Part shown: one piece after another, positions 6,519-12,297 of the stretch
How the letters are laid out: every line of letters begins with the position of its first letter
How positions within the stretch are numbered: position 1 is the stretch's first letter
DNA from: a virus
Lineage: Duplodnaviria > Heunggongvirae > Uroviricota > Caudoviricetes
Strand: one strand, 5' to 3'
Virus record (IMG/VR): IMGVR_UViG_3300028920_000902
Location: 1-12,297 of that record
DNA: 12,297 nt
Notes under the pieces: generated by a model
Told to the model about the DNA's origin: nothing
Database searches by the model: none
The model's input: only the letters and a program-made list of their open reading frames with translations
Position numbers and translations under genes: made by a program

Positions 6519-7754
6519 ATGGCTGTTGCAACTCCTTCCCAAATTAATGCCAATCTAATTCGGCAGTATTGGGACACGAAGCTGTACAGCGAGTCGCTTC
6601 AGAGGGATGTCTTTTCGTCTCTGCGGACGATCTTCGACCACACGAGCAACATCGACATTCCCGGCAACTCGCTCACGATGGAGTTTAATGCGGAAGCGAA
6701 CAACGGCTACCGCACGATAACTCTCGGATTCTCCAACGCGCTTCAGAACACTCCTCGTGAGGGTGACCTTCAGAACCAGATTGGTTTTGAGGAAACCCTG
6801 CGCGAGAAGAGCATGGATGCCTACTACAATGAGTTCAGCCATGCTGTGGCTGTGTGGAACTATGGTATCCATTATTCTTCGGGCACCAAGCCGTATGGCG
6901 AGAACATGGACTTTGCCACGAAGAAACTGGGTGCGTTCATGGAAGAGCTGGCCGGTCTGTATTACAGGCAGGCACTCCTCCAGCGCTATTCTCGTAACCT
7001 GACCCGTAGCCCGGTGTCGGTTACACAGGCATGGAACAACAACTGGTACGTGAAGAACGTGTCGGACGCGAACCAGCCTGCGTACAGCACCACCCTCCAG
7101 ACCCATACTGACAACATTGCCAATGCGCTGATTGCTGCCGGTACTGGTGCGAATGCGAACCTCGACGCTCGCTATCTGACCGCACTGCATCACCGTGCGA
7201 CCACGCAGCGTTGGGAGCCGCTGGATCTGCCTGGTGGCAAGGGCTTTGTCCTGACGATTCCGAGTGCCCAGAAGTTCCACATTCTGGATCTGGATCGTTC
7301 GGATTCCACGGCGAGCGGATACTTTGTCCCGACCCATCGCTGGAGTGACAGCGAGCGCTACATGTTCCCCGAGGGGGCGGCGCTTGGGAAGTGGCTGAAT
7401 ATCTACCTCGTTGAGGACGAGAGGGCTCCTACCCTTTCGATTAGCGGTTCGGCTTCTCCGTTCACCCTGACGCCCGGATACGTCGAGCCTGGTAACAACG
7501 ATGGGCGCGACACGTCTTCGGGTGCCCGCGACATTGGGTTCTTCCTTGGGAAGGCTCCGCTTGTGGATCTGTATCCCGTCAAACTGCATCACAAGTATGA
7601 CGATTACAACTACAAGAAGTGGGAGGGCAAGGGTGCGTTTGGTGAGCGTGGTGTCCAGCTTCGCTGGTACGACGCCGCGACGCCGACTGCCGCGACCGTG
7701 GAACAGCGTTACTCGTGCGTCTGTGCTTGGGCGCGTGGTGACGTGAGCAACTAG
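6519..7754 (+). CDS. Major capsid protein, N4-gp56/DUF4043-like HK97 fold, 411 aa
   Basis: YWDTKLYSE near the N-terminus. EGDLQNQIGFEETL...YNEFSHAV matches the GD..LEGxEE.L......Q.RHAV pattern, and GFFLGKAPL...DDYNY..G..GERG matches the C-terminal pattern. SD AGGAG upstream. Confidence 0.85.
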   Translation: MAVATPSQINANLIRQYWDTKLYSESLQRDVFSSLRTIFDHTSNIDIPGNSLTMEFNAEANNGYRTITLGFSNALQNTPREGDLQNQIGFEETLREKSMDAYYNEFSHAVAVWNYGIHYSSGTKPYGENMDFATKKLGAFMEELAGLYYRQALLQRYSRNLTRSPVSVTQAWNNNWYVKNVSDANQPAYSTTLQTHTDNIANALIAAGTGANANLDARYLTALHHRATTQRWEPLDLPGGKGFVLTIPSAQKFHILDLDRSDSTASGYFVPTHRWSDSERYMFPEGAALGKWLNIYLVEDERAPTLSISGSASPFTLTPGYVEPGNNDGRDTSSGARDIGFFLGKAPLVDLYPVKLHHKYDDYNYKKWEGKGAFGERGVQLRWYDAATPTAATVEQRYSCVCAWARGDVSN

Positions 7755-7762
7755 TTGTAACC

Positions 7763-7786
7763 GGGGAGGGGCAGGTGCCCCTCCCC
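7763..7786 (+). other. Strong GC hairpin just after the capsid stop, with no U-tract
   Basis: GGGGAGGGGC-aggt-GCCCCTCCCC is a perfect 10-bp stem. Neither strand has a poly-U tail. Confidence 0.75.
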
Positions 7787-7814
7787 ACCACTCAACCTCG
7801 TATAGGGGAGCATT

Positions 7815-8612
7815 ATGAACCAGCAGATGAGAGATGTGCTTGCGGAAGACAGTTGGGAGCGGATGAACGTGATTGAGAAGCTTGCTCTGGCACAGGCCCG
7901 TACCGATAAGCGGTATCGGCCCATCACTCTTGAGGCAACAAACAAGGGCGTTGGGCGATATACTGTTGGTGGGTGGGATACGTTTGACCTTGACATCAGG
8001 GATGTGACTGATGGCGGGCGACGGCGTCAGCGGCGGGCGGTGGTAATCAAAGACCGTTTTGCCGATTTCGTGGATCACCCCGATTTTGAGGGCGTTATGA
8101 TTCACATTCCTGCTACTGAGAGAAACATGGCCGCCCTTGCGTCAGCCCATCGGGATGGCAAGTGGGTAATTCGGCAGGACGATATACGGGAACAGGTGGC
8201 TGCGGCAAGCGAGAAGATTGTTCCTGTGCGCAATGCTGCTTCCGAAAATGCACAGCCCGAGCATCAGGGGCACATTGAGTCTGAGGAAGAGGCGTTGAAA
8301 CGGCGCGTTGCCGAACTGGAGGGGCAGTTGTATCGGCAGGAGAAAACACCCGCTCCCCCACGGACAGTGGCGCAGCCGACGGTTCCGTCAGAGCCAATGC
8401 CGGAGCCCGACGAGCAGGTTAGTAAGATTGAGGCAGATGATGCTGCATTGACCAAGCGGGCCAAGGAAGCTGTACATGCTGAGCAGGCTGAGCTTATTGC
8501 ACAGATGAAGAAGAAGGCGAAGAACTATTGGCTCAGTCGGGAATACAAGGAAAAAATTGTACCGCTTATCTCGGCTAAGAAAGACGAGCTATGTACACAA
8601 CCCGTCAAATAG
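7815..8612 (+). CDS. Hypothetical protein downstream of the capsid gene, 265 aa
   Basis: SD GGGGAG at 7805-7810. Globular-looking N-terminal ~135 aa, then a coiled coil, a P/E-rich linker and a K-rich C-terminal helix. No recognised family. Confidence 0.7.
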   Translation: MNQQMRDVLAEDSWERMNVIEKLALAQARTDKRYRPITLEATNKGVGRYTVGGWDTFDLDIRDVTDGGRRRQRRAVVIKDRFADFVDHPDFEGVMIHIPATERNMAALASAHRDGKWVIRQDDIREQVAAASEKIVPVRNAASENAQPEHQGHIESEEEALKRRVAELEGQLYRQEKTPAPPRTVAQPTVPSEPMPEPDEQVSKIEADDAALTKRAKEAVHAEQAELIAQMKKKAKNYWLSREYKEKIVPLISAKKDELCTQPVK

Positions 8613-9238
8613 CTGAACTCATATCAATGCAGGCGTCCGAGTGGACCAAAACTGGTACACGCGGCACGCTTACTGTCATTGATGCGGTGAATCGAGAGAT
8701 GAAGAGCGGGAACGTCCAAGCAAACGAGTACATTGATACGACTACTGGATTCCCGCCTCTTCTCTCGACCACTTCCGGTACGTATCAGTACGACCTGCCG
8801 GATAATGCAAGAATGCTGAAGTCGGTATTCTTCAAGGCGAAGAGTACCTATCCGTCTTCGGATGACTACGGGGAGTATCATCAGATATCATACGGGGGGA
8901 AGAAGTGTTTTGAGGTTCCGGTGACGCCAAGCCGGAAGACAAATTTTTCCAATGCCAATGTGATATTTCGTTCTGACCCCGGCACCACTACAAGTAAATA
9001 CTACACGGCCTACTGGGTGGAGCCAACATCCATTACGTCGCTGAGTGTTCAACACGACATCGAACCGCCATACGAGCTGCTGTTTATCGACGGGTGTATT
9101 GCGCGGATTAAATATATGCAGTACGGGGATATCACCCCGTGGCTCCAATGGGTTGAGCGCATGAGGATAGAGTATTGGGGCGACATGAATCACAATCCCC
9201 CGTCCGAGACTAATCAGACACCCGCGAGGGCATGTTAA
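8591..9238 (+). CDS. Probable head-tail adaptor/connector protein, 215 aa
   Basis: LLSTTSGTYQYDLPDNARMLKSVF resembles the L.T.xG...Y.LP.D...I..V motif of podovirus adaptor-type proteins. The position before the nozzle-like gene fits. Overlaps the upstream gene by 22 nt. Confidence 0.5.
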   Translation: MYTTRQIAELISMQASEWTKTGTRGTLTVIDAVNREMKSGNVQANEYIDTTTGFPPLLSTTSGTYQYDLPDNARMLKSVFFKAKSTYPSSDDYGEYHQISYGGKKCFEVPVTPSRKTNFSNANVIFRSDPGTTTSKYYTAYWVEPTSITSLSVQHDIEPPYELLFIDGCIARIKYMQYGDITPWLQWVERMRIEYWGDMNHNPPSETNQTPARAC

Positions 9239-11712
9239 TGCCGCGTATCACGCAGCAGCCTAGAGGCAAAGAGCAGGGCGACCGTCAGATCCACAGGGAG
9301 TGGGAGAACTTCACCCTGGGAATGATGGATGGGCCGCCGGTATGGCCCGATGGCGCTGTTAACAAACTCGTTAATGCCGTGGCATACCCCCGGTGGGTTC
9401 AGGGCCGGTTCGGAACGCGGATGTACCGGGACAACGCCATTCCGCACCTTCCCGGCAGAACACACTATACCGGCAGCAAGTCGGGGCGCACCATCACGTC
9501 TGCTGACGCGGGCTTTACGCTGGATGACATATCCAACTACTGGGTGTGGTCAGACGGCAGGAACGATGAGATTGTTGAACTGATTAGTGCAACACAGGTT
9601 AAGACGCGGGACGAGTTTGACCGGGACACGGAGTACGACTGTCACTTGAGGGGTAAACACAACGGGTGGATACAGCACAAAGAGAACCGCCTGATTGTTG
9701 CTCAATTTGGCACGAATTTCTACGTTGCAAACGATCTTGAGATGAGTGGTTGGACGCGGCTGGTGTGCGTAGACCCGCCGCTGGCGCCGAACAATTCCAC
9801 CTCCACGTTTGATGAGTTTGACAACGACGTGGTGTGTTTCAATTCCAATGGAACGTACAGGCTGGTGGTAGACACCGTAATCCCCCGGTTCTACCGCTTT
9901 AACAACAACACCCCCGCGCAGCCCGTGGACAGCGTAGTGAAGACCGACGAGCTTCCATACGGGAGGCGGTACATTTACTGTGCCATGCGGCTCACGGGAG
10001 AGACCACGCTTCGGAACCGGGGGACAACGGGTGCCAAGATTGAGACTGAGGCTGGCCCGAATGCCGTGGATGACAACAAGCAGGACTACGGCGAGGTGTG
10101 GACACGGTATCGCATTGGGGATAATACCAAGACCCGTGGCAGGCTCTTGGGAACGGCGGTGGTAAATGCCGCGCTGGATGCTGTGGGCGTGTGGAGCATT
10201 GTGGAGGATGGGTCATTTGAGATTTCGATAAATGGCCGGGAACACATGTTGCACATTGACTTCACTGGCGTAGGCACAATGGATGATGTGGCGGCACGGA
10301 TTCAGAAGGTGATGAAGATTTACTGGCCCGATTCCACCTGCATCTACAATGACGATGGACAGTTTGAGCTTACGTCGGGCGATGTGGACGGCAGTACGCT
10401 TGACAGCATCGGTGCCGGAACGGGAACGGTGGACATATCCAGCGCCGTGTACACGAATATCATTGGCTCCACTCCCGAGACGGAGATATTTGCACAGCCG
10501 AGTACGATAACGCTCTTGCGGGTTCCCCTCAAGGATGATGGGACTCCACACGAGTGCTATACGCATTTCTCTATCTACGGAACACAGGATGTGGGGGTCA
10601 ACGGCACCGACCCTGTGACGGGCGAGGGCAACGACACCGAGCGGTACGTGTGGCTGTATGACCTGAGAACGTGTGCAGCGTTCTACGCCTCCAAGGATGT
10701 GGACGGCACGGTAACTGCGCACAGGGGCCAGTTTGAGGCGGCTGATGTGGGAAGCCCGCTGGTGTGGGAGGATGGTGACAGGGATACCATTGCCACGTAC
10801 ATAGACGAGACGCACGTTACGGTAAGCAGGGCGCCTTACGTCGAAGACCAGAAAGAATATCAGGCGGCGGCGATTGGCGACGGAGAGTTTACGGTTGCTA
10901 CTCAGAGCGGCGACGTTATCACGCGGGAGGGTGGCGGGGACGGGTTCTGTGACCTAACTCCCGGCACAACCATCCATTGGTCTAGTGGGTATCGGTCGAT
11001 TGTCCGAGAGGTGATTGACTGCAACCATGTGCGGGTATGGGACACGGGCACGCGGGTACTTCAGGGCGTGACGTGGGCACCGCGATATCGAAACTTCAAC
11101 GACCGCACGGACGATGCGGTTGTGCGGTCACGGATTAAGTTCCTGTCAATGAAAAACCGCTTGTGGGAACGGGTGCCGAACGGAAACATTGGCAGAGTGA
11201 TGCCGGGGTGGATGTTCTCTGGGAACCGGGGGGCCAAGCGGTTCTACTACACGCAGCTTCCGACGGAATACCAGTACCTTGCGGGGTATTACTTTGCGGG
11301 GTATCAGTACAATGAGGATGTAAATGATGCAATACAGTCGCTTGAGGAGTTCCCGAATAGAATTGTTGCTTATTGCGCAAAAAGCGTATATGCTGGGCCG
11401 ACGAATACATCTACTCCCTTTAGTGTACCTAGTACCGGCCAGTTTATCAATGTCTTGAACGGTATGCAGCCGCAGGAGGCTAACATTGGTGTACTGGATT
11501 GGGGGTCAATAGTAGATGTGGATACGGGGAAACAGATAGTTGTCACATCAGAGCCGGGAGTGCGGGTGTTTGACGGGTTTACGTTTGGGCCGAACCTTGC
11601 CGAAACGCAGGAGGGTTATGAACTGGTGATGAACTACCTCCGGGGGTGGGTGCGGGCCACGGCTTCTGCATACAAGGACGGGGTATTGTACCTGTGGGGA
11701 TTGACCGAATGA
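9238..11712 (+). CDS. Large tail nozzle/stabilisation-like protein (P22 gp10/T7 gp12-like position) with inserted domains, 824 aa
   Basis: N-terminal ENFTLGM...LVNAVAY...VQGRFG and C-terminal propeller-like DAIQSLEEFPNRIVAYCAKSVY...NIGVLDWGSIV...GVRVFDG resemble gp10-type proteins. ATG 9238 (TAATG overlap, GAGG 8 nt upstream) is preferred to 9232. Confidence 0.6.
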   Translation: MPRITQQPRGKEQGDRQIHREWENFTLGMMDGPPVWPDGAVNKLVNAVAYPRWVQGRFGTRMYRDNAIPHLPGRTHYTGSKSGRTITSADAGFTLDDISNYWVWSDGRNDEIVELISATQVKTRDEFDRDTEYDCHLRGKHNGWIQHKENRLIVAQFGTNFYVANDLEMSGWTRLVCVDPPLAPNNSTSTFDEFDNDVVCFNSNGTYRLVVDTVIPRFYRFNNNTPAQPVDSVVKTDELPYGRRYIYCAMRLTGETTLRNRGTTGAKIETEAGPNAVDDNKQDYGEVWTRYRIGDNTKTRGRLLGTAVVNAALDAVGVWSIVEDGSFEISINGREHMLHIDFTGVGTMDDVAARIQKVMKIYWPDSTCIYNDDGQFELTSGDVDGSTLDSIGAGTGTVDISSAVYTNIIGSTPETEIFAQPSTITLLRVPLKDDGTPHECYTHFSIYGTQDVGVNGTDPVTGEGNDTERYVWLYDLRTCAAFYASKDVDGTVTAHRGQFEAADVGSPLVWEDGDRDTIATYIDETHVTVSRAPYVEDQKEYQAAAIGDGEFTVATQSGDVITREGGGDGFCDLTPGTTIHWSSGYRSIVREVIDCNHVRVWDTGTRVLQGVTWAPRYRNFNDRTDDAVVRSRIKFLSMKNRLWERVPNGNIGRVMPGWMFSGNRGAKRFYYTQLPTEYQYLAGYYFAGYQYNEDVNDAIQSLEEFPNRIVAYCAKSVYAGPTNTSTPFSVPSTGQFINVLNGMQPQEANIGVLDWGSIVDVDTGKQIVVTSEPGVRVFDGFTFGPNLAETQEGYELVMNYLRGWVRATASAYKDGVLYLWGLTE

Positions 11713-12158
11713 AGACCTTTGGTGTGTGGCTTGGTGATGAGCCAATGCCGGAACATACGTTTGACGAGGTGATAACTTCTCTTGATGATGAGATGGAGAG
11801 GTTGTTTGAACGGTCGATGCTGCCAGACGGGGTGGACAGATGGCGGGTGATGAGTGACATTGTGCGATTCCACGAGGGCACCAAGAGGGTTGGGTGGCTG
11901 TACCATGACTTCGACTGCCGGTGGAAGGGTGAGGTTAGCGGGAAGAAAACGCGCTTTCCGGTAAGAGGGGAGGTGCGGGACTTCTTTTGTTTCTACGTGG
12001 GAAGTGATGGGATTCCTCAGCGGGTAGTGGATTGGGCATGGGAAAGGCAGAAGAAGCCGTGGGGGATATCGCTTGGCAGGGATTCAGTGTTTGCGATGAT
12101 AAACAAGAAATGTACTGGTGCGGGAAAATTGCCACAGGGATCATATAGGCATGGCTAG
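11709..12158 (+). CDS. Minimal DXD-motif glycosyltransferase-like protein (GT32/Gly_transf_sug-like), 149 aa
   Basis: N-terminal VWLGDEPMPE resembles the xWxG..P.P motif. SDIVRF..GWLYHDFD (11853-11915) resembles SDxxRxxxLxxxGGxYxDxD. ATGA overlap with the nozzle stop; GGGGA SD. Confidence 0.6.
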   Translation: MKTFGVWLGDEPMPEHTFDEVITSLDDEMERLFERSMLPDGVDRWRVMSDIVRFHEGTKRVGWLYHDFDCRWKGEVSGKKTRFPVRGEVRDFFCFYVGSDGIPQRVVDWAWERQKKPWGISLGRDSVFAMINKKCTGAGKLPQGSYRHG

Positions 12159-12297
12159 TTACTACGCAGACTTTAGCGCAACCGGCGGCCCACATGGCGG
12201 CACCAGCGCAGATCCTTGGACTGCTTCAGAGTGGTTGTCGCACGTTGAGGGCGGCGGGGAAGCCGCTGGTTCCATATTCCGTCAATACGGAACATAT
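12151..12297 (+). CDS. 5' end of a gene missing from the ORF track (MASYYADFSATGGPHGGTSADPWTASEWLSHVEGGGEAAGSIFRQYGTY...), possibly a beta-helix/tailspike-like protein; runs off the window
   Basis: ATG 12151 overlaps the previous gene by 8 nt and the frame is open for 49 codons to the window end. YY.D......GTS.DPW resembles the N-terminal motif of parallel beta-helix proteins. Confidence 0.65.
   Translation, partial: MASYYADFSATGGPHGGTSADPWTASEWLSHVEGGGEAAGSIFRQYGTY

Larger units (their letters stand above)
1..12297. mobile_element. Tailed dsDNA phage genome segment, probably podovirus morphotype: modification operon plus head/tail morphogenesis operon
   Basis: Collinear portal, scaffold, major capsid, unknown, adaptor-like and nozzle-like genes with tight or overlapping junctions. 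No host housekeeping genes and no integrase or att site in the window. Confidence 0.92.

Noticed and set aside
7763-7786. Post-capsid hairpin as an intrinsic terminator
   Set aside because: No U-tract follows it on either strand, so it is treated as a stability or translational-control element.
7752-7815. Capsid readthrough or frameshift extension (capsid and the 7815 ORF share a frame, and a hairpin follows the stop)
   Set aside because: Three in-frame stops intervene (TAG 7752, TAA 7758, TAG 7803) and there is no slippery heptamer before the hairpin.
6555-8105. 516-aa - strand ORF
   Set aside because: It is in exact antisense register with the capsid gene and the same-frame 7815 gene. No recognisable domain, so it is a codon-bias shadow ORF.
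11646-11708. Longer ORF-track starts (GTG 11646; likewise TTG 1321, TTG 2945, ATG 9232)
   Set aside because: Downstream ATGs (11709, 1336, 2963, 9238) have better-spaced SDs and typical coupled overlaps.
1341-12158. TAG recoding (genetic code 15 or pyrrolysine)
   Set aside because: Proteins are intact under code 11, the TAGs fall at natural gene junctions, and the readthroughs I traced give no fusion with the next gene.

Overview
A 12.3-kb piece of a tailed bacteriophage genome, probably podovirus-like, with bacterial sigma70-type promoters and Shine-Dalgarno (SD) sites. From 2719 to the window end, one + strand morphogenesis operon encodes a Com-like zinc ribbon, a P22-type portal, a probable scaffold, an N4-gp56-type major capsid protein, an unknown protein, a probable head-tail adaptor, a large mosaic tail-nozzle-like protein, a small DXD glycosyltransferase-like protein and the start of a probable beta-helix/tailspike-like gene. 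Upstream (1-2010) is an overlapping three-gene operon: D-2-hydroxyacid dehydrogenase, GT4 glycosyltransferase and LicD-family phosphotransferase. A lone - strand gene with a 12-nt tandem repeat and a divergent promoter/operator/leader-hairpin region separates the two operons. The most interesting signal is a candidate phage-encoded soluble glycan plus phosphodiester modification system flanking and embedded in the virion genes, possibly for virion glycosylation. Also notable are a contractile-sheath-like (DUF3383-like) domain nested in the putative nozzle and several RNA switch-like structures. All family assignments come from recalled motif consensus; no database search was run.
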